A stretch of 64,000 nucleotides of DNA from a virus (IMGVR_UViG_3300021387_000648:64001-128000); one strand, 5' to 3'; numbered from the stretch's first letter, positions 19,218 through 27,485 are shown. Notes: a model not told the origin generated them from the letters alone. Made by a program: numbers and translations.

Positions 19218-19525
19218 ATACGTCTCATCTGAGCGTGGCACAACACAGTCTGTTGACGCAAGGACTGTACGGGCGAAATCAGATGCCGGGGCGGGGTTAC
19301 ATCCCACGGAGCGTCACCGTGCTCGCAAAAAACGGACTCGGTATGTCCCAAGTCATCGTGAGAGTATACACCTTGGATGGCACAAAGCGTTTAGAAGTGC
19401 CCGATCAGCCTTCTGCGCGTATCCCGGACGGTCCGGGACCAAGGACTGTGAAGAGCGTGTTCGATTCCGCGAACTCGAAGGTTCGACTCCTGACAGTGCT
19501 GGTGCAATATCAGTCCTTTTTATAC

Positions 19526-19614
19526 GCGGAATGATGCCGTCCGGCGACGGCTGCGGCCTTGAAAACCGTGGGTAGCAGAGATGCTATGGGGGTCGGCACC
19601 TCCGTTCCGCGCCA
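19526..19614 (+). tRNA. tRNA-Ser(TGA), non-canonical 8/4 fold
   Basis: 8-bp acceptor stem, 6-bp D-stem with 4-nt loop, long variable arm, 4-bp T-stem, GCCA. Confidence 0.85.
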
Positions 19615-19617
19615 GAT

Positions 19618-19707
19618 GCAGTGTTGCCAGAGCGGTAATGGGCCCGCTTGGAAAGCGGAAGCCAGGTTGAGAAGCCTGCGAAGGTTCGATCCCTTCACGC
19701 TGCGCCA
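19618..19707 (+). tRNA. tRNA-Ser(GGA)
   Basis: TTGGAAA loop, long variable arm, GCCA. Confidence 0.9.
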
Positions 19708-19710
19708 GAT

Positions 19711-19800
19711 GCTTCGTTATGCCGGACGGCTCCGGTCCTTGCCTCGAAAGCAGAGGGTGCCCGATGAGGGCATGGGGGTCGGCACCTCAGCGAAGCGCCA
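19711..19800 (+). tRNA. tRNA-Ser(CGA), non-canonical 8/4 fold
   Basis: GCTTCGTT/AGCGAAGC 8 bp, GCCGGA-CGGC-TCCGGT D-arm, GGGG-GTCGGCA-CCTC T-arm. Confidence 0.85.
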
Positions 19801-19803
19801 CAA

Positions 19804-19878
19804 AGAGCCGTCGTCTAAGGGTAAGACACGAGGCTTTGACCCTCGTATGTGAAAGTTCGAGTCTTTCCGGCTCCGCCA
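19804..19878 (+). tRNA. tRNA-Gln(TTG)
   Basis: CGAGG-CTTTGAC-CCTCG. Confidence 0.9.
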
Positions 19879-19882
19879 GTAT

Positions 19883-19968
19883 GGAAGAGTGGCCGAGTTG
19901 GTCAAAGGCAGCGGACTGTAAATCCGTTGGCACTGCCTACACAGGTTCGAATCCTGTCTCTTCCACCA
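19883..19968 (+). tRNA. tRNA-Tyr(GTA)
   Basis: GCGGA-CTGTAAA-TCCGT. Confidence 0.93.
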
Positions 19969-19971
19969 CAA

Positions 19972-20048
19972 GGTCCCATCGACTAACAGGCAAGGTCACC
20001 AGCCTTTCACGCTGGCAATGCTCGGTTCAAATCCGGCTGGGATCACCA
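19972..20048 (+). tRNA. tRNA-Glu(TTC)
   Basis: CCAGC-CTTTCAC-GCTGG. Confidence 0.9.
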
Positions 20049-20051
20049 CAT

Positions 20052-20127
20052 GGGGTCGTAGCTCAGTTGGGAGAGCGCCTGCCTTGCAAGCAGGAGGCAG
20101 AGGGTCCGAGCCCCTCCGATTCCACCA
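20052..20127 (+). tRNA. tRNA-Ala(TGC)
   Basis: CCTGC-CTTGCAA-GCAGG. Confidence 0.9.
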
Positions 20128-20130
20128 CAT

Positions 20131-20207
20131 GGTCTCTTCGTCTAAAAGGATAGGACGCAAGCCTCTCAAGCTTGTAATGCTGAGTTCAAGTCTCGCAGAG
20201 ATCACCA
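20131..20207 (+). tRNA. tRNA-Glu(CTC)
   Basis: CAAGC-CTCTCAA-GCTTG. Confidence 0.88.
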
Positions 20208-20329
20208 GCACATCTGACCGCCGAGGACGCGTACTCGGGAGATACCCGCAGATAGACGGAGAAGAAGCGGGGCTGAGCGGCACGGTGCAGACCCGACACC
20301 CGCAGGGTCCATGCCGCAAGCGGGTATAT

Positions 20330-20406
20330 GGCTCATTAGCTCAGTTGGTTAGAGCGCACGGCTGTTAACCGTGATGTCGAAAGTTCGAGTCTTTCATGAG
20401 CCTCCA
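20330..20406 (+). tRNA. tRNA-Asn(GTT)
   Basis: CACGG-CTGTTAA-CCGTG. Confidence 0.9.
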
Positions 20407-20703
20407 CCAAGTGGCTGTGCTGCAGTGTTTGCATCGAAGCACCTCCTTTCGTAAATCCACACGTCTGCTGGCCGTGCTTGCGCTACGGTTGTTGGATGAA
20501 ACAAAGCAGAGCCGTGAACCGGAACAACGTGCGTACTGGGAACGCACGCCGGGAAATCGGCACAATACAGAACTGTTGGCTTTGATTCCTGCCTTGTACC
20601 GAAGGCTTCGGTCCCACCGAGGCGATGGATGTAGGTAGCAGCTGGGGATTATGAAAGCCGCAGACCCGATTAAAGCTCCGCGAGACGGACTATCGGGCAA
20701 TAC

Positions 20704-20778
20704 AGGTTGGTGGTGTAATGGCAACATGCCGGTCTCCAAAACCGTGCGATCAGGGTTCGAGTCCTTGCCTTCCTGCCA
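20704..20778 (+). tRNA. tRNA-Trp(CCA)
   Basis: CGGT-CTCCAAA-ACCG; two U-U mismatches in the acceptor stem. Confidence 0.85.
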
Positions 20779-20788
20779 AAAAGAATAC

Positions 20789-20877
20789 GGAGCGTTGGCC
20801 GAGTTGGTAAGGCACCGGATTGCTAATCCGTGGTTAGGGGCAACCCTACGAATGTTCGAGTCATTCACGTTCCGCCA
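20789..20877 (+). tRNA. tRNA-Ser(GCT)
   Basis: CGGA-TTGCTAA-TCCG, long variable arm. Confidence 0.9.
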
Positions 20878-20879
20878 TT

Positions 20880-21348
20880 TCCGGGTAGCTGCCGGATGAT
20901 GTCAGAGCAGATGCACCAGAGGCCTGACAGAGAATATGAATGGTAGACCGACCAAAGCGGGGCGGAAGCCCTGCACAAGGCCTATGGCGGTACTACAAGT
21001 GAGGGCAACGTCGAAGGAACGCGACTGATTTGTGCGGGATGGCAGACCCACAAAAAAGAACAAACACGCCCCGCTGCGGGTGACAGCGCCAAAGGAAGCT
21101 GAGACGTCCGGTTTCCGGGTCTCTCACTTAAAGCGGGGAATAGGCCGAATAAAACAGGAACTTGGCCGTAGGGCAGTGAAAGCGCGAATGCGTTGTAGCT
21201 GACTGATGATGGCAGACAGAGCAAACGGCTGTAACGACAGGACGTGTGAATTAGCCGTCTACTGAAAGGGAAAGAAATCCCGTAAAAGCTGTTTGCTCAC
21301 AATTCTATATCGGATACCGTCATGCCGAAAGGTGTGGCGGTATCTTTG
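20880..21348 (+). ncRNA. candidate large structured (pseudoknotted) ncRNA ending in a hairpin
   Basis: Several long-range complementary pairs; no credible ORF; 3' hairpin GATACCGTCATGCC-GAAA-GGTGTGGCGGTATC. Confidence 0.5.
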
Positions 21349-21367
21349 CTTTGGGGAGAGAGCAGAA

Positions 21368-21616
21368 ATGAGTAAGTCGAAGGATATTCGCACGCTCTGC
21401 GCCTCCTGCAGAGCAGAATACGAGGAAGCCGGATTTGAACTGATCAAAGTCTGGGTGAAAAACAAAGAGGAATGTGACTGGTGCCGCGTGAGACTTGGAT
21501 GGACCTATGAAATACGCGGAAAGAGACAACATCTTCGTAGCTCAGATGGCAAGAGCGCTGAATACTCCCAATTCAGGGGTCGCGAGTTCAAGTCTCGCCG
21601 AAGATGGACGCGATAG
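21368..21616 (+). CDS. small Cys-rich protein; 3' end overlaps the tRNA-like element
   Basis: CASC...CDWC; GGGGAG RBS. Confidence 0.5.
   Translation: MSKSKDIRTLCASCRAEYEEAGFELIKVWVKNKEECDWCRVRLGWTYEIRGKRQHLRSSDGKSAEYSQFRGREFKSRRRWTR
21531..21606 (+). tRNA. tRNA-like element with abnormal anticodon arm, no CCA
   Basis: Canonical acceptor, D and T arms; CTGAA-TACTCCCAA-TTCAG. Confidence 0.65.
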
Positions 21617-21792
21617 GCCGCAGTTTGCGGATTTTCTGCGGCGCTTTCATGTTAGTCGCTCCTCCGCCCCACGATTGCTGGCTGCTGCTTGGGAAGTAAC
21701 AGTCGCGGGCAAACAAGCAATGCCGGTGGAAATCCGGCCTATTGACGAACCTACAGCCTGCGGAAACGCGGGCTTTTTCTTTTGGAGGAACT

Positions 21793-22266
21793 ATGGAACT
21801 GATTCAGGTCCCGATTGACCAACTGAAACCTTATCAAAATAACCCGAGATACATAGATGACGCGATTGACGCGGTCGTCGAAAGCATTGATCAGGTCGGG
21901 TACATCACGCCGATTATCGTGGATGAAAACTGGCAGATCCTTGCCGGGCATTCCAGATGGAAGTCGTTGAACGAACTGGGTGAGGACGAAATTGACGTCA
22001 TTCTCGTCCCGGGACTGACTGAAGAGCAGAAGCGCAAATTCCGACTGCTGGATAACAAGACGGCAGAGATTGCGTCGTGGGATCTCGATAAGCTCCAAGA
22101 GGAACTGGAGATGGTCGATTTCGACGGATACGATTTCTGGTCGAAGGAACTGGAACAGATGGCCGACAACCTGATCGCCGACAAGCCGAAGAAGAAAGTG
22201 ATCATCTGCCCGAAGTGCGGAAAAGTCGTGCAGGGCTTGGTGGATATGGACCAATACGACGAATAA
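21793..22266 (+). CDS. ParB/Srx N-terminal domain protein
   Basis: LKPYQNNPR, PIIVDE...ILAGHSR, FRLLDNK. Confidence 0.88.
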   Translation: MELIQVPIDQLKPYQNNPRYIDDAIDAVVESIDQVGYITPIIVDENWQILAGHSRWKSLNELGEDEIDVILVPGLTEEQKRKFRLLDNKTAEIASWDLDKLQEELEMVDFDGYDFWSKELEQMADNLIADKPKKKVIICPKCGKVVQGLVDMDQYDE

Positions 22267-22267
22267 T

Positions 22268-22726
22268 ATGGAAAAACATCTTGTAACTATGAAACTGAGC
22301 GAGATTATTCCCTACAAGAATAATCCTCGTAAAAATAAAAGCGCGGTCAAGACCGTTGCGGAGAGCATTCGACAGACCGGATACAACAACCCGATTATTG
22401 TTGATGAGAACAAAGTGATTCTGGCCGGACACACAAGGCGTCTGAGCCTGATCCAGCAGGGAGTTGAAGAGGTACAGGTGCTTCAGGTGCTTGGACTTTC
22501 TGAGACGGCAAAGAAAAAGTTCCGGCTTCTGGACAACAAAGTCGGAGAGTTCGCGTCGTGGGACTACGTTGCTCTGACAGAGGAACTGGCGACGCTGGAT
22601 TTTGGCGGTCTTGCTCTGGACTGGGGCGTTGAGTTCAACATGGACGATGCGGAGCCGAAGGAAAAGAAAAAGAGGGAAAAGCCGGAGTATGTCTGCCCGG
22701 AGTGCGGTTTCCACTTCAAGGCCTGA
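22268..22726 (+). CDS. ParB/Srx N-terminal domain protein (paralog)
   Basis: PYKNNPR, ILAGHTR, FRLLDNK, CPECG. Confidence 0.88.
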   Translation: MEKHLVTMKLSEIIPYKNNPRKNKSAVKTVAESIRQTGYNNPIIVDENKVILAGHTRRLSLIQQGVEEVQVLQVLGLSETAKKKFRLLDNKVGEFASWDYVALTEELATLDFGGLALDWGVEFNMDDAEPKEKKKREKPEYVCPECGFHFKA

Positions 22727-22735
22727 GGTCGAACA

Positions 22736-23188
22736 ATGGTAGAACTGACACCGAGCTGCATGGACAGGAATCTGTTCATGAGAATGGCAAAGGATTATGT
22801 GGACACCCTCAGCCAATACGATCATGAAATCAAGTGGGATGAACTGGCTTGGGAACAAGGGATGTGGTACTCACAGTTTATTGTAGAGGACCGGACCGTG
22901 CAGGGGTTCATACAGACCGAAATCGTCCCGTTCAACGTTTTCCCGAGTGCGTTTTATATCGCTGAGTTCTATGTTGTTCCTGAGGCAAGGCACCGGCACA
23001 TCGGCACGGAGGCTGTAAAGGCCGCTACTCAGTCGTGGAGCGGGGATGTGTTTTTATATATCCTCGATAAAAATGTTCCGGCACGCTTCTTCTGGACCGA
23101 CGTAGAGGCGGAACTTGGATGGAAGCGAATAGAGAGACCGGAGATCCGAAAAGAATCCGGATGCGAGCTCAGAGTGTACAAAACCTGA
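22736..23188 (+). CDS. GNAT acetyltransferase
   Basis: IAEFYVVPEARHRHIG, N..ARFFW. Confidence 0.8.
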   Translation: MVELTPSCMDRNLFMRMAKDYVDTLSQYDHEIKWDELAWEQGMWYSQFIVEDRTVQGFIQTEIVPFNVFPSAFYIAEFYVVPEARHRHIGTEAVKAATQSWSGDVFLYILDKNVPARFFWTDVEAELGWKRIERPEIRKESGCELRVYKT

Positions 23189-23202
23189 AAGGATGAGAAA
23201 GC

Positions 23203-24336
23203 GTGGATGACATTGTAAAGAAATACCGCATGCGCCGAGATGCAAGGATTGCGGCCAAAAAAGCCCACGCGGACGACCAGTGGATCACAATGCGAGGAAC
23301 GCATGTCCTGATAGACGGCGGCGGACAGGTATCAAAGGGACCTGAAAAGCTGAAAAACGTTGTGAAGCAGGGCGGCGGGTACAAGTCAAAAGCTGACCGG
23401 AAGTACGGAAGCAGCGACAAATACAGCAAGGCGATGAATAACGGCTGGAATGTGAAACCAGCCGTGGAACAGCCAAAAAGAGAACGAAGACCGCTTGCAG
23501 ACATACACAAAGAGTTTGAAGACAACAGGTACCGTCTGGAAGACTCTTTGAAGAAACGCGACAAGGCCAAAGAAAACTATGAGATGAGCAAGGGCAATTA
23601 CGATTTGTACATGGATGATCCGGGAACGTCTGAAGAGTTCAAAGAGATGTTCCGGAAAGACCTTGCCATGACTCAGAAAAAATATCAGGAAGCAAAGAGC
23701 GAAGTAGACCGGCTTTCGGAGAAAGACAGAGCCTTGAAAAAAGAACTGTCTGAAGAGCGCGACGCGGTCAAGAAAGAAGACCAAGCGGCAATCAGGTCCG
23801 GTCCTGTGGCATACGTCAGGTCTGAAAAAGTCGTTACGGCGATTCGTGGCAACGAGAGCTTGATCAGAAAGAAAGATTACGAAAAAGGAGCTTGCGTGGA
23901 CAAAAACGGCAGGCTCTTGTTTGAGGCAACTGACGGCAAAGCGAGTCAGATCGACCTTGAAGCGTATAAGGACAAACTGAAAGACTCCGTGTTCACACAT
24001 AACCATCCCCGGGGTTCAACACTCAGCGTGGATGACGTCAGCTGTGCCGTCGCTCATGGAATGGCGGAAGTAAGGGCTTGTCATCGAGGCGGTACATACT
24101 CTCTCGTCAGGCAGTATTCGCTTGATGGCGAAAAGCCTGCAAATTACATGGACTTCGCTTGGGACTATCAGGAAAGCGTCGCAAAGTATGACCGCGAAGT
24201 TATCGATCCGATCTGGAGACGTGGACCGCAGGTACAGGAAACTGCGGACAGGTGCAATAAAATGTACGACGATTACCGCCGTCTGTGGCTGGAACTGAAT
24301 TCGAAGAAATACGGATGGATTTATTCGGAGGAGTAG
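23203..24336 (+). CDS. putative virion cargo: Arg-rich leader + C-terminal JAB/MPN-like (HNHP) domain
   Basis: YRMRRDARI...HADD-QWITMRGTHV; YEKG...FTHNHPRGSTLSVDD. Confidence 0.7.
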   Translation: MDDIVKKYRMRRDARIAAKKAHADDQWITMRGTHVLIDGGGQVSKGPEKLKNVVKQGGGYKSKADRKYGSSDKYSKAMNNGWNVKPAVEQPKRERRPLADIHKEFEDNRYRLEDSLKKRDKAKENYEMSKGNYDLYMDDPGTSEEFKEMFRKDLAMTQKKYQEAKSEVDRLSEKDRALKKELSEERDAVKKEDQAAIRSGPVAYVRSEKVVTAIRGNESLIRKKDYEKGACVDKNGRLLFEATDGKASQIDLEAYKDKLKDSVFTHNHPRGSTLSVDDVSCAVAHGMAEVRACHRGGTYSLVRQYSLDGEKPANYMDFAWDYQESVAKYDREVIDPIWRRGPQVQETADRCNKMYDDYRRLWLELNSKKYGWIYSEE

Positions 24337-24340
24337 GATC

Positions 24341-24478
24341 ATGAAATACACAAGGGAAGAACTGCAAAAAGGGGTCACGGTACTTGATAAGTCCGAGAAA
24401 GACTGCATTTATCGGGTCCCGACTCCTGAGAAGAAAAAACAACCGGAGAAGAAGACAGGCCGACCGGAAAGGACGTGA
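24341..24478 (+). CDS. small hypothetical protein (possible immunity)
   Basis: MKYTREELQKG...; below the ORF-track cutoff, RBS present. Confidence 0.45.
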   Translation: MKYTREELQKGVTVLDKSEKDCIYRVPTPEKKKQPEKKTGRPERT

Positions 24479-24482
24479 CAGC

Positions 24483-24659
24483 ATGGGACAGGCGAAACCG
24501 AAGATGGACGGGATTAAGGACAAGTACCTCAATATCATCGAACATGTCTACGGCATTCCAAGGATCTTGCTGGAAGACATGACCTATGACAAGATCGATG
24601 ACTATGTCTACAACGAACTGCAAAGGCGCGAAAGAGAAAAAGAATCCACCAAGAAATGA
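24483..24659 (+). CDS. small hypothetical protein
   Basis: GAAAGGA RBS before MGQAKPK. Confidence 0.5.
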   Translation: MGQAKPKMDGIKDKYLNIIEHVYGIPRILLEDMTYDKIDDYVYNELQRREREKESTKK

Positions 24660-24761
24660 GGACGGCTTGAGATGGACGAACTTATGACCATCATGAGGAA
24701 ACATTGGAAGCAGATCCTCGGGGAAGAGGAAACGGAAAACGAAGAATAAGAGAGGGACGGC

Positions 24762-25418
24762 ATGAACATCGTAAAATCTGCAATTGTCATTGAAGACGGT
24801 CCGGACTACCAAGAACTGCTCCAGAAGATCGAGCGGATCGGACGGACCTGCTACAAGAGCGAAGACAAAATCGGCATTGGGAGTGCCGAGAAATTTGTCA
24901 ACCGCCTGATTGCGTCCGGTCACGAGTCGGTCATCGAACACGGAAGCATCACGGTGAGGGTGATCTGTGACCGTGGAGTCAGTCACGAGATCGTCCGGCA
25001 CAGGCTGGCAAGCTACAGCCAGGAAAGTTCAAGATACTGCAACTACACGGCGGATAAGTTCGGGAACGAGATTACCGTCATTGATATAGCCACAGGTTTT
25101 CAATATGACCTGTCAAGTGAAAAAGACATCAAGAAATACCAGATCTGGACCCAAGCAATGCTGGACGCGGAGAAGCACTACTTTGAGATGATCGAAGCCG
25201 GTGCCAAGCCGGAAGAGGCAAGAAGCGTGCTTCCAAACTCCACAAAGACAGAGATCGTCATGACGATGAATCTCAGAGAGTGGAGACACTACTTCCGGAT
25301 GAGATGCAGCAGCAGGGCCCATCCGCAGATTATCGAAGTCAGCAAAATGATTCTCAAGGTATTTGCGGAACGCTATCCTGCATTCTTTAGAGACCTTGCG
25401 CAGGAATACTCCGCCTGA
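24762..25418 (+). CDS. thyX: FAD-dependent thymidylate synthase
   Basis: HESVIEH, HEIVRHRLASYSQESSRY, ARSVLP, MNLREWRH. Confidence 0.95.
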   Translation: MNIVKSAIVIEDGPDYQELLQKIERIGRTCYKSEDKIGIGSAEKFVNRLIASGHESVIEHGSITVRVICDRGVSHEIVRHRLASYSQESSRYCNYTADKFGNEITVIDIATGFQYDLSSEKDIKKYQIWTQAMLDAEKHYFEMIEAGAKPEEARSVLPNSTKTEIVMTMNLREWRHYFRMRCSSRAHPQIIEVSKMILKVFAERYPAFFRDLAQEYSA

Positions 25419-25442
25419 TTTGGCGTCAGCAGATACAATGAG

Positions 25443-26645
25443 GTGACAAAGATGGAGAGACATGTAGCAGCCTACAAGAGGCGCAGAGCACAAAGGCTCT
25501 GTGAGCGATACGGAGTCAGATATGACTCGTCGAATTTAGATTCAGGACTTGGCTGGCTGTTTGGTCTTGCCACGGATCTTGGAATCAAGACAAAGGGTAT
25601 GGAGATTCCTGAAATCTTCAAGGCTGTGAATGAGAAGCGTGCCCAGAAAGGGCTTGAACCTGTTGGACACAAGGGAAATGTTTCCGGAAAGAAGGGCTCA
25701 TTCAAGCAGACAAGCCGGAAGGGGCCGGAGGTAAACAAGTCCCTCGTGTCCAATGCAAAGGAGGAAGCCAAAAAGAATATGGCGACCTCCTACAAAACTG
25801 CGAGCGGAGCTAATTTCCCAAAGCCAAAGGCTGGCGCGAAGTTTGACAACAGTGTTATGTCCGGCGTTGAAAAGAGCGCAAAGGAACTCGGAAAAGAAAA
25901 GGAATTTGACGACATCGTGAAGAGCCTGAAACCGACCGATTATGTCTATATGAAAGACCCCGTGACGGGTGATCAGGTTGCTTCCGTTCCTGGCTTGGCT
26001 CAGCGTTTCGATAAGACAATGACCGGGCGGTCAGAAGAGTGCCAGAGGATCTACGACCAGAAAATCAAGAAGGGCGCACAGATCTCGAAAGACATGATTG
26101 ATGCAGTCAACGGAATCGGGTGCCGTCTGTCCGGACTGGAGAACTGCTTCAAGGGCGGCGACTCCACGTCAAGGAAGATTTCTACCAAACGCAGCGAGGC
26201 AGAAGCAAGAGGAAAAGAAACCAAGACGGACGAAGGATACACTGCTGGTTTTGGTGATATCATCCGATTCACGGCCTTGTGTGACCACGATGACATCGCA
26301 GAAACGGTGACAAAGCTGGAAAGCGCTATGCAGAAGAAGGGCTATGAGCTCAACGAAAGAGACAATAAGTGGGTGACCGGAGACGGCAGCTACAAAGGCG
26401 TGCATGTTGAATTCATTTCTCCGACTGGCGAGCGCTTTGAGGTTCAGGTACATTCTACTGTCGCTCTGGCATTCAAAAACAAGGGTCACAGATACTATGA
26501 CAATGCACGCGTAGAAGACGTGAGCACTGCGAAGGGCAAGAAGCGCCACGATGCCGCCATTGAGAAATGCAAGAGCATCTGGAAGACTTGCCCGATCCCC
26601 AAAGGAATTGAGGACCTGAAACCGATCCCAAAAAAGAAACGGTAG
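25443..26645 (+). CDS. putative virion cargo toxin: Arg-rich leader + RelA/SpoT-type alarmone synthetase domain
   Basis: DIIRFT, YKGVH, FEVQVHS motifs; leader YKRRRAQRL...RYDS. Confidence 0.8.
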   Translation: MTKMERHVAAYKRRRAQRLCERYGVRYDSSNLDSGLGWLFGLATDLGIKTKGMEIPEIFKAVNEKRAQKGLEPVGHKGNVSGKKGSFKQTSRKGPEVNKSLVSNAKEEAKKNMATSYKTASGANFPKPKAGAKFDNSVMSGVEKSAKELGKEKEFDDIVKSLKPTDYVYMKDPVTGDQVASVPGLAQRFDKTMTGRSEECQRIYDQKIKKGAQISKDMIDAVNGIGCRLSGLENCFKGGDSTSRKISTKRSEAEARGKETKTDEGYTAGFGDIIRFTALCDHDDIAETVTKLESAMQKKGYELNERDNKWVTGDGSYKGVHVEFISPTGERFEVQVHSTVALAFKNKGHRYYDNARVEDVSTAKGKKRHDAAIEKCKSIWKTCPIPKGIEDLKPIPKKKR

Positions 26646-26659
26646 ATCGGATCTTATCC

Positions 26660-26688
26660 TTGACAATGTACTAAAATTAGTGTATAAT
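26660..26688 (+). promoter_or_regulatory. consensus promoter for the immunity/hydrolase genes, with 16-bp box
   Basis: TTGACA-17-TATAAT; TGTACTAAAATTAGTG in the spacer. Confidence 0.85.
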
Positions 26689-26709
26689 GACCATGGAGGT
26701 GAGCGGGCT

Positions 26710-26958
26710 TTGAGTGTGAGAAAAGAAGTGTTCTATTATCAGGATCGCGATGACGATTCAGGGATTGCTCGTTCGGTTCGTGATGAGACCGGGACTGACT
26801 ATCAGTTCTGGAACTATGAGAAGCACGACTGGGTATCTCCGAAAGATTCGATTGCGATGGACTTCTGCCATGACTACGACAACACGCGCGTGATCAGTGA
26901 GGAGGAGGCAAAAAAGGCAATCGAAGAGGCTGAAAAGGAGATTGAAAGCCGAAAGTAA
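26710..26958 (+). CDS. putative immunity protein for the alarmone synthetase
   Basis: Small acidic protein ending ISEEEAKK, between SAS and SAH. Confidence 0.65.
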   Translation: MSVRKEVFYYQDRDDDSGIARSVRDETGTDYQFWNYEKHDWVSPKDSIAMDFCHDYDNTRVISEEEAKKAIEEAEKEIESRK

Positions 26959-26970
26959 GGGGATGGTAGC

Positions 26971-27390
26971 TTGATTTCGATGGTCTGGCAGGCAGAGGCC
27001 TTTGCAAAGGAAAGGCACTTTGGACAGTTTGACCGCGCCGGAGTTCCGTATATCGAGCATCCGCGTGCGGTTGCGGCGAAGGTGGACACGGATACGGAAA
27101 AGGTTGTCGCGTTCCTGCATGACACGGTGGAGGACACCAACACAACGCTGGACGAGATCCGGAACAAGTTTGGCACTGAGGTCGCGGACGCGGTTGAATG
27201 CCTGACTCACAAAAAGGGTGTTCCGTATATGGAATACGTCAAGGGAATCAAAACGAACGACCTTGCGCGGAGGGTGAAGCTGGCGGACCTGAGCCATAAC
27301 ATGGATCTGAGCCGTCTGCCAAAGGTGACCGATGCAGACCTGAAGCGCGTGGAGAAATACAAGGCTGCTTACGACTTTCTGGTCGAGTAA
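26971..27390 (+). CDS. small alarmone hydrolase (Mesh1/HD family)
   Basis: H.GQ.DRAG.PYIEHP, LHDTVED, VKLADLSHN. Confidence 0.9.
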   Translation: MISMVWQAEAFAKERHFGQFDRAGVPYIEHPRAVAAKVDTDTEKVVAFLHDTVEDTNTTLDEIRNKFGTEVADAVECLTHKKGVPYMEYVKGIKTNDLARRVKLADLSHNMDLSRLPKVTDADLKRVEKYKAAYDFLVE

Positions 27391-27485
27391 AGGCCGACCG
27401 GGCGTTCGTTCGAGATAGATAACGAGATGATAAGGACGACGCTCTGAGGGGTGCCGTCCTATATTTTTGCATAGGACGGTGCGAG

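Noticed and set aside
19526-19614. tRNA-Sec or opal suppressor
   Set aside because: The fold is Sec-like, but the anticodon is TGA (reads UCA, Ser), not TCA.
19147-20899. ORFs called across the tRNA array
   Set aside because: They are translations of tRNA and spacer sequence with no protein-like signal.
20880-21348. RNase P RNA, tmRNA or group I/II intron
   Set aside because: I could not find the RNase P GAGGAAAGUCC/P4 signature, a tmRNA tRNA-like terminus with tag ORF, or intron core and boundary motifs.
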